Shown: in pieces, positions 36,290 through 49,530 of the stretch
Position numbering within the stretch: the first letter of the stretch is position 1
Layout of the letters: each line of letters starts with the position of its first letter
NCBI RefSeq assembly: GCF_006345805.1
Contig: NC_042999.1
Span: forward strand, 31,806,001 to 31,870,000
Reading direction: 5' to 3'
DNA: 64,000 nt
DNA from: Octopus sinensis
Taxonomy: Eukaryota
Translations under genes and position numbers: made by a program
The notes under the pieces: generated by a model
Seen by the model: the letters and a program-made list of their open reading frames with translations, nothing else
Database searches by the model: none
Told to the model about the DNA's origin: nothing

Positions 36290-36960
36290 CTCAAAATGGA
36301 ACCTGTCCCCAGCAGAGCCGTTTTGGGAGCTTGTTCTGCTTTCCTAACATTTTTGATTCATCTGACATGTTTCTCGAACTTGGTTGTTAGTTCTCCGAGT
36401 GCCCCTGCAGCTACTGGGATGACAGACATGCTCTTCATTGCCAGCATTCTTCCAATTGTGTATTTTAATAATCTATATATTTAAATCTTTTCTAGGACTT
36501 TGTCACTTCTGCGTGGATCTCCAGATATTGCAATGCCTATTATTTTTGCATGCATGCATATCCCCAGCTGTTCGATATTAAAAATCTTGGTATGCTTGCA
36601 CCCACAGGTATTGTTAAGAGTATTATTAGCAGTGCATTCCATCAAAGTGATACTGGAATGAAATGCACGAAACTCAGTATACCCATCATGACTACATGTC
36701 TCATAATATTACAAGCACATATATTACAAAGATATGTGCACAACATGGGGATCTCATATCAAGATAAACAACACAGGACCTTGCAGTTGGCGTCCAGTTA
36801 GATTTCTCTTCCGGCAGAGTAGGACATCCAGCTCAAATATGCCTTGAATAAGGTTTGTCTTAGGATGTTGAAGGAAACACCCTTGCTCCAGGGGTAAATT
36901 ATTCAAAATCCGAAGAATTCTTCTCAACACATGGCTAAGATTCAACACCAATACTGCTCT
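36290..36960 (-). mobile_element. Old R4/Dong-type relic (knuckle plus RLE region)
   Basis: Minus-strand VIPVAAGALG-like motif and degenerate CCHC-region similarity. A short (TTA) tract lies downstream at about 36110. Confidence 0.55.
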
Positions 36961-37149
36961 TGATCAGAGATTCCCATATCATCAACTACTACGTGACATG
37001 CACAGCTTGTGAAGATCAAACAACTGACACGCAAATCGGTGGTATTAAGTAGAATACTTACTATGGCCTATATACGGCTATTATACGAAGACAAAACAAT
37101 GTACATAACACCCTCAATCAGTTAAGATCATAAATTATGAGAGCAAGTA

Positions 37150-37212
37150 CCTGGTGTTGCATCATGGCTTTTGCTGTCATTACTATTATTATTATTATTA
37201 CTATTATTATCA

Positions 37213-37274
<62 letters not shown>

Positions 37275-37332
37275 GTTGTTGTTATCATTATTATTATTGT
37301 TGTTGTTGCTGTTGTTATTATTATTATTATTC
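37150..37332. repeat. (TAT)n/(TGT)n array
   Basis: Directly visible. Lies at the 3' side of the relic at 37450-38950. Confidence 0.95.
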
Positions 37333-37449
37333 CTTCGTAACACAGTCTAAGTGAAAATGCACCGGAGTCATTAGTAATCTGTCAAGTCACAACAAGGACA
37401 TCAGACAGATAACAGTTTCCTTAAGATATGCACCCTACTCAATAAGGCT

Positions 37450-38950
37450 ACGTTTAGAAAGACATCAATTTTGCATACAATTTCCAGTTGCCATCAGAAG
37501 ATTTGAAGTTTCAATTGGATTGAGCCCAAGGCTCCGATCACCACTGGTATCACTTTTACATAACCCTCCCGCATTCCATACAATCTTGTCGTTTTCACTT
37601 TGAATTCGGAGTACTTAGTGACTTTTTCAACCTCTTTGCTCACCGCGTTCATGTCATTTGGTATGGCTACATCAAGGGTCTAACAGTATTTGTCTCTCTT
37701 ATTCAATATGACAATATCCGGCCGATGGTGATCGATTACATGATCCGTCTGGAAATCGTAGTCCCAGACTATGGTTAGTTTTCCATCCTCATGCATAACT
37801 TTACATGGAACATCCTCATAACAGTTTTCTATTACTTCATATTGGTATTTACAGCATAAGAGACAATGAAGATACACACAGCGGCGCTAGTAATGTTGTC
37901 ATATCTCTCGACATCGCTTTTGTCCCTATCGCATACTTTGTTGTCAGCTGGGCATGATCCAGCATAGTTTGGTATCTTTCTCAATTAAGATTATGTCTGG
38001 CTACCTATTCTCTATCTCATGGTCACACTGAATGATAAAATCTCATAGGATCGTTGCATTAGCATTTTCGATGATGTCTTTGGGTTTGTGGTCGTACAAA
38101 TTTTTTTCCAGTGTCAAGTCTATATTTGTTGCAAGGCCTGTCTAATGGATAAAACCTTGCTATATTGTCGTGGCGTCTCTTATATTCTTTCTGCGCAAGT
38201 GGCGCACATTGGATGGTAATATGCCATATGGTTTCACCATTTCGTCCACTTATCAGTTTCTGATGGCTCCACAGACTCTGCTCTTATCAGGTTCTGATGT
38301 GTTGTTTTATCTTTATTTTATGTAGTTCGCACTTATTATTTGCTCTTGGGCAGCACAGATTAGAGACTCTGTTTCTGGTTTTGAATCACTTCAAGTCATC
38401 CACAACCAACTTTTTCTCTGGTTGACTTATCTTCAACATCTCTAAGAAATTAACCGTGCATTATTTTCTTTACCCACCTATTTTCAGTTTCATTCGTTTT
38501 CAGTTTTTTGTTTAGTGCGTTATCTTTGCAACCTTTCATGCTGCGCAAGCCCGGCCGTCATATTTCTAATAATCGCGGTTATGTGGCATTATTTACATAA
38601 CATGCTATGTTATTTTCTGCTGCTGTATTGCTGTGTTTGCATCCAATATGTGCTCTTCCACATTTTTTATTTGGTACATACAGTCTGTCTGTGTCAATTT
38701 TGGTCGGAGTATCCCATATCCAGTTAGCAAATTCCTTGTCTTTCTGTGTAAGCTGTTTAGTCCGTCTACCGTCCATGCGAACAACAGATTTCCCCACAAC
38801 ATACGGTAAATTGACATGCGTATTGACGTTACTAAAGAATTACGTAATAAAATTGTAAATTTTCCAAAATTATTCTTGTTTACATCAAATACTACAAGGA
38901 ATGCTTTTTCCTCATTTCTTTTAACTCTCTTACAAACCAAGGAGTTCTGT
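37450..38950 (-). mobile_element. Old R4/Dong-type relic (thumb to RLE)
   Basis: LTIVWDYDFQTDHVIDHHRPDIVILNK, LDVAIP, KYSEF and KVIPVVIGALG (PD-(D/E)xK RLE), plus WT.DGLNSLHRKTRNLLT. Confidence 0.8.
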
Positions 38951-39219
38951 ATACAGTGCCTACAGCTTATATTATAGCTGCTAGGTTTTATGTAATCGAG
39001 TAAGTGATGTACTTTTAAATGAAGTTGAATAATTTTTATGTTCGTTTAGTATTTTACAATGGTTTATGAACGTTGAACAATGGTGAAATACTTGAATAGT
39101 TTGATGACATTTTACGTGCAATCAGTTTCATTTGTGACACGTATGGAGTTTAATTTCTCACAGATAAAAGAGTTTTCCTGGCTCAGTTAACATAACAAGT
39201 TTACTAATAGTCCATTTCA

Positions 39220-39500
39220 ATTCAATGAAATTTACATTAAAATGCAACGTTGTGGGAAATCTATTGACGAGATCTGTTGATTCCTCAAGTGTTTTGAAAA
39301 TGAACTCAGTGAATTTCAACGTGACTTAGAAAGTAAAGTTTTCAAGTGATTTGCAACGACAAAGAAATATATTGATGCAGAGAACATTAATAATGTTGAA
39401 AAACGCACAAAGTAGTTTATAGAATTTCTAAGGGCTACAATTGAACAGTTTCGTTTCAAATGTATGTAATTGACAGAATTGACAAATTCAATACAACTTA
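39220..39500 (+). mobile_element. Probable hAT (GTF2IRD2/Buster-like) transposase remnant; a paralogous remnant lies at 45420-45650
   Basis: FLKCFENELSEFQRDLESKVFK*F. Clear nucleotide similarity to 45420-45650. The family assignment is from memory of hAT C-terminal motifs. Confidence 0.4.
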
Positions 39501-41049
39501 CACATTTTTATAATTTCTTGAAATTTCTTGCATAGGCTGGTTTCTTACTGTGAATATGTTTAGAAGATAGACGAGTGTGTACCAATAATTTTTATTTCTA
39601 TCAATCTCCTTTAGCATTTCATGTTAAAGTAACTGACTGCAAAACAATCTAACTCAAATTGATGAAACATTGGTAGACTAATATGATAATGTACATTTGA
39701 CATTATCGTGTAGGTGTTTGTATTTCTTAGAATAATACCAAATTGCAAACTGTAGTTTCATGTTTTCTCCTTTTTTTAAAAGACAAGATGTCATCATGTA
39801 TCTATGATTATAGTGAATTTTAAGTTGATATGTTTTAATCCATAAGTTGTTTTTAATATGTGATGAGCGGTTTTCAATAAATATAATGGCTGGAGAATGC
39901 AAATCAAAATATATTGGCAATATAAATTGGAGCCAGGTTTCAAAAGTTAAAGATTGTACCATCTTTTGTTACTGTATTGATAATTTCATCATTTATCTAC
40001 TAGATTGTCTTACAGGCTTCAGTATTTTGTTTTTATCTATATCATATGATTTAAAATAATCAAACTATAGACCCAATTTGCTCCATCCCTAAATTGGAAG
40101 AAGTAAATGTTAACTTGATTACTCTGCTCCAAGTTGATGCTTCAGAGCCCCTGTCTTCTCTGTATAATCTGATACTAATAACAATGGAATTCTAGTGAAA
40201 GCTGTAAATGTTTAACAAATGAGCGCAACATAGATTCTGTTTTAAATGGAAAATGATTACTTGGTGATAGATATGCAGATTTTTCAACTTGATTAGTCCA
40301 GATTAGTCCTGGTTGAGTAAACCTGATCAAGTATTCCACCCATCACTACTCCGACTTTTTACTTACTCATCTATAGTGTAGTTATGATATATTATTCAAT
40401 GTTTCATTTTTGTCGCTTGTTATCTTTAAGACTGTAGAGAATATTTGAAAGAGAGATCTGACTGCTATTTCTAGCAGGCTAAGGAATCACTTAATAGCCT
40501 CTTCATTAATACATCTGTGGTTTCAAGTGGAATGTATTGAAATTTAGAAAGAAGCAACTGCCAAACCAGTTGGTATGAACAAAGAGTCTCCTTCTGAAGC
40601 AGTTTGCACTAGTTTAAATTTCGAGGTGATAGTCGTGTTAGGTATAAGAAATTTAAGTGTGTAGTTACTGAGCATTTAATCCATTGTTATGTGGAACAGA
40701 TCATCAGTACACCTAACACAAATTTAGCAGAACTCCAGTATTAACAAGGAGTGGAAAATTTGCTGAGATTCTGCATTTTGGAGACATTTCTTGCCCTCAA
40801 CTTGCTTCCACACCAATTATGCATCAGCCAAATCATGTCAAATTTTATCCTGCACAATATAACATTTTCATGATAGATCGGTAGCCACTACACACATTTT
40901 TCTCTCCTTATTTCTTTCTGTATTCCTTTCTGTGGAAGAGCGTAGACTCGAAACGTAAAAGCCTTTTTCATTTCCTGAGCGTTATACTAATACATCTGTT
41001 TGTTTTCTACATCACTTGTCTTCGTGTTTTGTTTTTTTCATGAATTCTC

Positions 41050-41460
41050 CCTATATATATATATTCCACATAATATTACTTAAACCTCTTGCCTCTCTTA
41101 TCCTGTTTTTATATTTATCTATTTCGTTAATCTTCAGCATTCGCCTTTCAATAGCTGTTTCTGTTGATCTTAATATATTTTCAATGCTTTTGTTGGCAGT
41201 CCATGTTTCTGATGCATAAGTAATGGTAGCCAGCACACACTGCTTGAAAGTATTACTGTTTAGACACATGGACAGATTAATAACCGTGATGTGATTCAGT
41301 TTACTGCCCATCCTAATTGCATTTGTCGTTTACTTTCTTTGGTCTGATTTTTTATCTTTGAAGCAGATTCTTTATCCGAGATACCTGTATTGGCTCACAT
41401 ATGCAACTATTTCACCATCTCTTACTACATCTAATATGTGATTAGATGGCTAACTTCTCA
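41050..41460 (-). mobile_element. RTE-clade LINE 3' fragment
   Basis: YRYLG-like motif, then FKQCVLATITYASETW and LRSTETAIERRML. Confidence 0.7.
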
Positions 41461-41659
41461 GAGTAACATATAAGTGTATATTACGGGAAAGTCATGATAT
41501 ACAAATGATATAATGTGTAAATTGTTTCCTTCATACATGACTGAAAATGGGAAACAATATTTGTTCTCTTTATCATTATAATTTTTGAAGGGATTCTGTG
41601 ATAATATCGGTCAAAGAATAACGAAAATGACAACACAAAAAATAAATAATTATCGTATT

Positions 41660-41790
41660 TACTATAGGCACAAGGCTTGGAATTTGGGGAAGGTGGATGG
41701 TTGATTACATTGACCCCTTTTATCCAACTGGTACGTATTTTATCCACCCCGAAGGGACGAAAGCAAAGTCGATTTCGGGGAATAATAAAT
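41660..41790 (-). mobile_element. SINE fragment
   Basis: GATTACATTGACCCC...AACTGGTAC.TATTTTATC.ACCCCGAAGGGACGAAAG.AAAGTCGA. Confidence 0.65.
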
Positions 41791-42089
41791 AATCTGCTTG
41801 TTCATATTTATCGTCGTCTGTTGTTTACGCTTGCGTCACCAAGATATATATCGTCACCGAGATATACATCAAATGGAGAAGCATATGTACACAAAGAGAG
41901 CGGATTGAAAGGAACGAAGGACATAAACGAAGAAAGAATGGCAAATATAAAGAATGAAAATGGAATAGTTGAATCAGGGAAAAATACGTGAGAGATAGAG
42001 AGATAGGGGTGAAGGTCTATATTATCAGAGATAGAAAGAGAGGAGAGACAAAAGGTATATATTATTAGAAAGAGTGAATGAAAGGCTGA

Positions 42090-42250
42090 TCAATATTTTT
42101 CTGCATTTCCTCCTAGGTCGATTTTGTCTTTCATCTTTTCGTGGTCGATAAATTATATACCAGTTGCGTACTGGGGTCGATATAATCGACTGGCTCCTTC
42201 CCCAAAAAAACTCTGGCTTTGTGCCTAGAGTAGAAAAGAATATTATTCTA
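42090..42250 (+). mobile_element. SINE fragment
   Basis: GGTCGATTTTGTCTTTCATC...GGTCGATAAATTA..TACCAG...CTGGGGTCGAT...GCCTAGAGTAGAAAAGAATATT. Confidence 0.7.
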
Positions 42251-43099
42251 CCTTTTTCTCTTATAAACGCAGGCTTCAGTGAAATATATAACATAAGGCA
42301 ACACTGCCGTGAGTATCTAAAGATGTACGCCTTAAAAGATATATCGATAGATAGTTAAACTACAGTGAAATTAACTTAGCAAAAATTTGTAGAAGTTACA
42401 ATTTTTTTTTTGCCATGAGTATTTAAGAAATGTACGCTGTCCCCACATGATTCCAACTCCCATTTCATTTCCGAACGAGTTCGATCCCCGTGAGACTGCC
42501 CAAAGCTCTAAAAATATGTAAGGCATCGGGACAGGCATTTGGCAAAATTGAAATGGATAAACACTTAATATATATAAGCGAGTATTATGGATTTAATTCA
42601 TTTTTTATTTCATTAAACTTTGAAACACATCATATCGGTCAAACATTTTACAAGGAGTCAAATAAGTGATACTATATAAAATTGAATGATGTGAAAAGGA
42701 GTTTTTTAATCTCCTTGTTTGTGTTCAATATACTAACATGTGTACTGATTTCTCCCGTGGAATTGCCACTGGACCTTCATGTAATAACAATGATAAAATT
42801 AAAAGGGTACGGTGTGTTATTTATAAAATTGGATCATTAGAAATGTAAATTTGTAATTCAGTTATAAGGGAAAGGTTAATGACAAAGTGTTAGGAGAATG
42901 TATGAGGTGCTGAAATACTTACGTACGAACAGAACAAAGGTCACTGAAAAACCGGCGAAACTCTAAAGGTATGTTGAGAAGAATCTCAGGAAATTAGGTC
43001 TTTGAAAATAATATACAAATGTTGTTATGTTTTCTAAATAAATGTGAGGAAAATGATATGGAAAGGATATTCGTAACGTTAAAAAATGGCACTGGATAT

Positions 43100-43960
43100 T
43101 TATAAGGAAGAAAAGTGAGAAAATTCAAGCAAATCGAAGCTGCATATTAAATTAGAAGGTAGGAAATGGTTCAGAAACCGATAAAAATCCAGAACAAAAG
43201 ATCAGGAAATCACCTATTTCGACAAACTAAAAGATTATTGGATTAAGAATTCAAAGGCAATGCGTCTAAAAACGGCTGATGCGTTTCTTAAACGCCTTCA
43301 CTCTTGTTCTGTCTTATTAGCTAAAGGAACAGTGCATATAATGAAAGGCAAAACAATAGGAAGTGAAGTCGCTTGTTACAGAAGTAACCTTTATGTGCAA
43401 GCAATGTAGACTACTGACTAGCATGACATATGATGAAATTTCCCAACATTAGATTCTCGGCATTACTTTGCCAGACATTATTGTTCTTAAAGCAGAAGAA
43501 AAGAAAAACAATTTCTTATAAAAAAATTATTTGAAATTGTAAAGGAAGTAATGCGACTTTAGTTAAAATGCGTGTTGACTGTGAATACCTTAAATAATTC
43601 CATTACCAAATGCTTGGGAATATTAAAATTATCGAGGGAATAGTACGGAAGTCTGTTAGACAGATCTCAGATCTTTAGAAAATACAGTCTATAAGATATT
43701 AGGAATGAATTCACGTTGGTAGGTATCAACTTTACAAGTTCTGATCATTAACATCCTTATGACCTATATATTGAGAAAAGTTAAAATAAGGTAAGAATTA
43801 GAAAAAATATAAAGGAGCCAAACAGTTGGTGTTTTTTTATGAATGACCTGACATCATTTGCAAGATTTGAAAAAAAAAATTTGAGACTTTAGCGAATGAA
43901 GTAAAACTTTTCGGAAATAATAAAATCATAAATTTGGTATTCAAAAATATGATATCAATG
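43100..43960 (+). mobile_element. Highly decayed R4/Dong-type RT relic
   Basis: YWIKNSKAM...LAKGTVHIMKGK and FFMNDLTSFA resemble FWLK...LTKGKTILIPK and LYMDDLKLYA. Confidence 0.45.
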
Positions 43961-45043
43961 CAATGTAAATAGAAAATTTCCCTGGGACAGGAAGAAATTG
44001 TATTTTGATGAGACGTATTAAGATGTCTCTTATTTGTCTGTAATATTTTAGAGGAATTTTCAAGCTACCGTTCTAGTATTTACATATGAAAATGCATTAA
44101 TACCATACATTTGTAATTGCTTATTAATGTGAGTTATGTACCACGGGGTACTGTACAAACTACCTTCAAGATGAGTGGTCAATTTCATAGCTGCTAGGCT
44201 TTACATAAACAAGAAAGAAATTCATATTTAAAGCCGAATGATTTATGTTGGTTTAGTAATCTCTCTATATAAATGGCAGGATGCGTTTTGTGTCTGTGTG
44301 TTTGTGTACGTGAATGTAATTTATGCACGTCCACAAATTAGCATGCATGTCGCTTCAATCTTAGGATGACATTAGGCATGACCCTAGCTGCATTTTCGTG
44401 AACTTATTTTTGCCAGAGGAACCAGTGAATAGCAGTAAAAACAAATTTTCAACCAAAACGTTTAACAAATTTCATGTCGGAGAAATCACAATTGTTTGCA
44501 AACAGGAGTTAAGGCCCCTTGTTGCGACGAGTAAGATTTTGTTGAATCATTTGTTGTTTTTTCCATCCAGGAAAAAAGTGTTTTGTTGATATATGGGCAA
44601 CACACATATACACGCACACAAACACACACCCCACTCACACGCACACGAACATGTATGCGTTCCAAAAACAAGTATGCAATAGGTGTACGTACGTATGTGT
44701 AAGTATGTGTATGTGTATTGCCCATATATATAAACCAATTTCAATGGATTTCGGCCAAATTTGACGTCGATGTTACTTAGTTTTGCTCGAAATAAAAAAC
44801 TTGATTAACTTAATAATACTAATTTAATCCCGGGCAAACCCGTGATAGACTGCTAGTATACAATAATTTATGATGGCTTAAACCTGTCCAACTACTTCAA
44901 AGATTTGTTGAACATTTAAGCGGAATTACTTTTAAATTTGCCTAGTATGTAGCTTTATTTCTCACTGATTATTTGTTTTTATTTCTGGTTCAGTAATCAT
45001 AATTATACTGAGTGTTCATTTTGATTGGAATGAACGATCTAAA

Positions 45044-45364
45044 GACTCCGCCGATTACGACGACGAGGGTCCCAGCTGATACGATCAACGGAACAGCTTG
45101 CTCGTGAAATTAACGTGCAAATGGCTGAGCATTCCACAGACACGTGTACCCTTAACGTAGTTCTCGGGGATAATCAGCGTGACACAGAGAGTGACAAGGC
45201 TGACCCTTTGAAATACAAGTACAACTCTTTTTTGCCAGCTGAGTGGAATGGAGCAACGTGAAATAAAGTGTCTTGCTCAAGGACACAACGCGTCGCCGGG
45301 AATCGAACTCACAACCTTACGATCATGAGCCGAATGCCCTAACCACTAAGCCACGCGCCCTCAC
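45044..45364 (-). mobile_element. Well-preserved tRNA-derived SINE with target-site duplication
   Basis: Reverse-complement head has A box TGGCTTAGTGG and B box GTTCGATTCCC, then TTGTGTCCTTGAGCAAGACACTT. GAATGAACGAT is duplicated at 45028-45038 and 45366-45376. Confidence 0.9.
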
Positions 45365-46123
45365 AGAATGAACGATATACAATGCTGAAACGGTGTAGAT
45401 AAATTAATTTCGTGATATGTGGATTAGCTGTTTAGAATGTGAACTCAGCATAGTTCAACGTGACTTTGAACGTAAAGTTGTAAGTAATTCCTCAGGACAA
45501 ACAAATATATCGATGCAGTCAACTGTAAGAATGCTGAAAACAGCAAAATATTTTATAGAACTTCTAAGGGCCATAGTTGATGAGTTTTCTTTCAAGTGAA
45601 TGCAATTCACAGAATCGACAAGAATCAATGCAACTTATGAAATCCTGCTGAAACAGATTTTACTAGTTTCAAGTTCGATGTAATTATAGCTTTAAATTTA
45701 AGAAGTCTTAAAATGCAGTCATTGGGTACTTAAATTCACTGTTATGTTGAAGAAAAATAGCATTACATTTAAAGAAAGTTTAGTAGAACTTAAGTATGAA
45801 CATGGAGGACAACACCTTAGTCTGTGGAACTATGCCAATATGAATCAAGATTTTTGAAAATTTTAATGCTCTAAATATTCTTACAAAAATATTCGTGACT
45901 GACTTTTCAAAAATATAACTAGGGGAAATAATCTTCTCTATTGGACTTTATATCATTATATTATATAAAATCTAGTAAGCAAAATATAACGGGTTATCAG
46001 TTTCTGTTTAATTTAGAAGTGCATTTTCTAACTCACACATAAGGCAACCGTTTCCAGAAACCAGAAAAATGAAAAAAAGTCTTAAAATTATGTTAATAAT
46101 AATAATAACAATAATAATAATAA

Positions 46124-46154
<31 letters not shown>

Positions 46155-46208
46155 AATTATAATAATAATAAAATAATAATAAAATGAAAAAAAGTCTTAA
46201 AATTATGT

Positions 46209-46295
<87 letters not shown>

Positions 46296-46844
46296 TTTTC
46301 AAAAAATAAAACAGGTGTACCACCACCCAAACAAACCCTGTGGATAAATAACATCCAAAGCAAAATAAAAAAAATAGAAAAGACCTGTCGATTGTTAATG
46401 AAATCAGCAAGCAATCAACGCTACTGAGCAACAAAAAGAGAACAAAAATACTCCGCAAATATAACATCATAGAGAAAGATTTGCCTGAAATAAAAGAAAA
46501 GCTGAAGCAAGATATCCTTGCCAAAGCACAAAGGATCCGCCGGTACAAGAAACGCCAACGCTTCTTTGAAGAAGACAAAAAGTTCAACTCCAACCCCCAA
46601 AAGTTCTACCAAGAACTGGGAAAAAATAAAATAGAAGTCACTGCAGCACCAACGGCAGAAGAATTGGAAGAATTCTGGGGAGAAATATGGTCGGCGAACG
46701 AACCAACAAAAAAAGGAGTATCAGAATAACAAACTCGGCATCTGAACAACTTTGGACCCCCATAACAACTGAAGAGGTCACCCAGGCACTGCAAAGACTA
46801 AGCAACTGGAAGGCAGCTGGGCAGACAAGATCCCCAACTTCTGG

Positions 46845-48164
46845 TTGAAATATCTAACAGGAATGCACAAAAAGCTGGCTGAAAACTTTAACAACGTACT
46901 AGCAGAGCCAGAGACAATGCCTGAATGGCTCACGAAGGGGAAAACCATCTTTATTCCCAAATCAAATGAAACAGAAAAACCAGAAAACTACAGACCAATA
47001 ACCTGCCTCCCTACTATGTTCAAGGCATTTACTGCAGTGATATCACAAAGGCTGAACAAGCACCTGGACGAAAACAAACTGTTCCCAGAAGAGCAGAAAG
47101 GATGCCGCAAAGGGACATATGGCTGTAAAGATCAACAAATGATTAATAAAGCCATAACTGAAGACAGCCACAGAAAGAAGAAAGGCCTCAGTATGGCCTG
47201 GATTGACTACAAAAAGCCGTTTGATAGCATCCCCTACACATGGATCCTCGAAACACTAGCCATTAACAAAGTAGCACCAACAATCATAAAATTCATAGAG
47301 CACTCTATGAATAAATGGCAAACAGTCCTACACCTCCAAACAAAAGAGGGACTCATGAAAACTAAAGACATCCCCATTAGAAGAGGAATATTCCAGGGAG
47401 ACACGCTCTCTCCAATCCTTTTCTGCTTGGCACTGTTACCTCTATCTGATATGCTAAATAGAACTGGATGCGGACATAAATGTTACGGCAAAACGATCAG
47501 CCACCTTTTATATATGGATGACCTAAAACTATACGCTGCAAATGACAAACAGCTGGAAACACTATTAAAGACAGTTCATGGATTTACCAAAGAAATAGAT
47601 ATGAAATTTGGATTAGAAACATGCGCCAAAGTAACCCTGAAAAGAGGAAAACTAGTTAAGAGTAACAACATCACACTAGATAAAACCAATGAAATAAAAG
47701 AATTAGACCAAAGCCAAACTTACAAATACTTAGGAATCCATGAACTAGATAAGACACAACACACACAAATGAAAGAGAAAATAAAAAAAGAATATTATAG
47801 ACGAGTTAGATCAATACTAAACACAGAGCTCAATGCTAAAAACAAGATAATAGGTATCAACACTTTAGCTGTCCCAGTTATAAGTTACAGCTACAATATC
47901 CTTAACTGGACACAAAATGAACTGACCAACATAGATAGGAAAACAAGAAAAATAATGACAGGATCTAGGATGTATCACCCAAAATCTGACATAGAAAGAC
48001 TATATATACAACGTATAGAAGGTGGTAGAGGCCTTATACAGCTGGAAAACTACTATAAAATAACCACCATAGGAATGCAAAAATATCTACTTCAGAAGGA
48101 AGGAAAACTGATCCAGATAGCGGCAAAACACGAGCAAAACAAAAAAACTGTTCTCAGTATTTAA
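46845..48164 (+). pseudogene. Reverse transcriptase domain, open for 439 aa
   Basis: YRPITCLPTMFK, QKG, WIDYKK.FDSI, GIFQGDTLSP, YMDDLKLYA, YKYLGI. Frameshifted at both ends. Confidence 0.92.
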
Positions 48165-48533
48165 GGAAGCTGACAAATACAAACAAGAAATCATACCACC
48201 TAATAAACATGAAGAAGAAGAAGAAGAAGAAGAAGAAGAAGAAGAAGAAGAAGAAGAAAAGAAGAAGAAAGAAGAAGAAGAAGAAGAAGAAGAAGAAAAG
48301 AAGAAGAAGAAGAAAAGAAGAAGAAGAAGAAGAAGAAGAAACAACAAAAGCTATAAAACAAATGAAATCCAAACTAAAAATAGAACAGCAACGAACCATG
48401 ATAAAACGATGGCAAGAAAAGCCCCTTCATGGTAAATACTGGACTAAACTAAGCGCAAAAGAAATAGACAAAGAAAAATCCCAGCAATGGTTGAGAAGCT
48501 CAGGACTCAAAGCAGAAACAGAGGGATTTTTAA

Positions 48534-49178
48534 TTGCAGCACAAGACCAAAGCCTCCCCACCAGAAATTACCAAAAAACATGTAATGAAAAGAAATATTA
48601 CAAGTAACTGCAGAATATGTGGAGATGGACAAGAAACAATAAACCATATCATCTCTAGCTGCCCAGTCTTGGCTAAGAAGGAATATATTCACAGACATGA
48701 CAGAGTTGGAACCTACATACATTGGAAGCTATGCCAATATTATGGAATAACAACAGGAAAAAGATGGTATAGGCACACACCAGAAAAGGTCACAGAAAAC
48801 GAGAAAGCAACCATACTCTGGGATATGCCGATACACACAGATAGTGAAATTAAGGCCAACAGACCAGATATAGTTGTCAGAGATCATGAAGAAAAAAAAT
48901 GCTTTCTAATTGATGTATCAATACCGGCTGATGACAACGTGTCTCTAAAAGAAATGGAGAAACTCTCAAAATACAAAGACCTGGAAATAGAGGTAACTAG
49001 AATGTGGAATCTGAAAACAGAAACAATTCCTATCATAGTAGATGCATTAGGCCTGATAAAAAAATATTCAGACAAATACATAACAAAAACACCAGGACTT
49101 ACAAACACATATAACATACAGAAAATTGCACTACTAGGCACTGCACACATCCTACGCAGAACACTTTCCATACAATAA
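48534..49178 (+). pseudogene. CCHC zinc knuckle plus restriction-like endonuclease
   Basis: CRICGDGQETINHIISSC, HRHD, NRPDIV, LIDVSIP, KLSKYKDL, ALG. Confidence 0.9.
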
Positions 49179-49272
49179 CCATCAGATCATCACAACAAAT
49201 CACAGCACATACCCAAGGCTCACAGAGCTGTGCTCGGTAGTGAAGTGAAAGCACGCTATAAAAATAAAACTA

Positions 49273-49277
<5 letters not shown>

Positions 49278-49321
<44 letters not shown>

Positions 49322-49530
49322 GTAATAATAATAGTAATTATTATTATTAGTAGTAGTAGTTGTAGTAGCAGTAGTAGTAGTAGTGGCGGCAGCAACAGCA
49401 GCAGCAGCAAAAGTAGTAGTATTATTAGTATTAGTAGTAGTAGTAGTAGTAGTAGTGGCAGCAGCAGCAGCCTCAGCAGCAGCCTCAGCAGCAGCAGCAG
49501 TAGTAGTAGTAGTAGTAGTAGTAGTAGTCC
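49278..49530. repeat. Compound (TAA)n-(TAG)n-(CAG)n array
   Basis: Directly visible. Confidence 0.95.

Larger units (their letters stand above)
46310..49277 (+). mobile_element. 5'-truncated R4/Dong-clade element, same young family as 22301-25952
   Basis: Begins mid-ORF (ACAGGTGTACCACCACCC, equivalent to about 25027 of the other copy). Shares the 3' end ...AAAATAAAACTACTG. Preceded and followed by (TAA)n arrays. Confidence 0.93.

Noticed and set aside
45290-45364. tRNA gene
   Set aside because: It has A and B boxes but no proper acceptor stem and continues into a SINE body with a target-site duplication. The same applies to 57243-57315.
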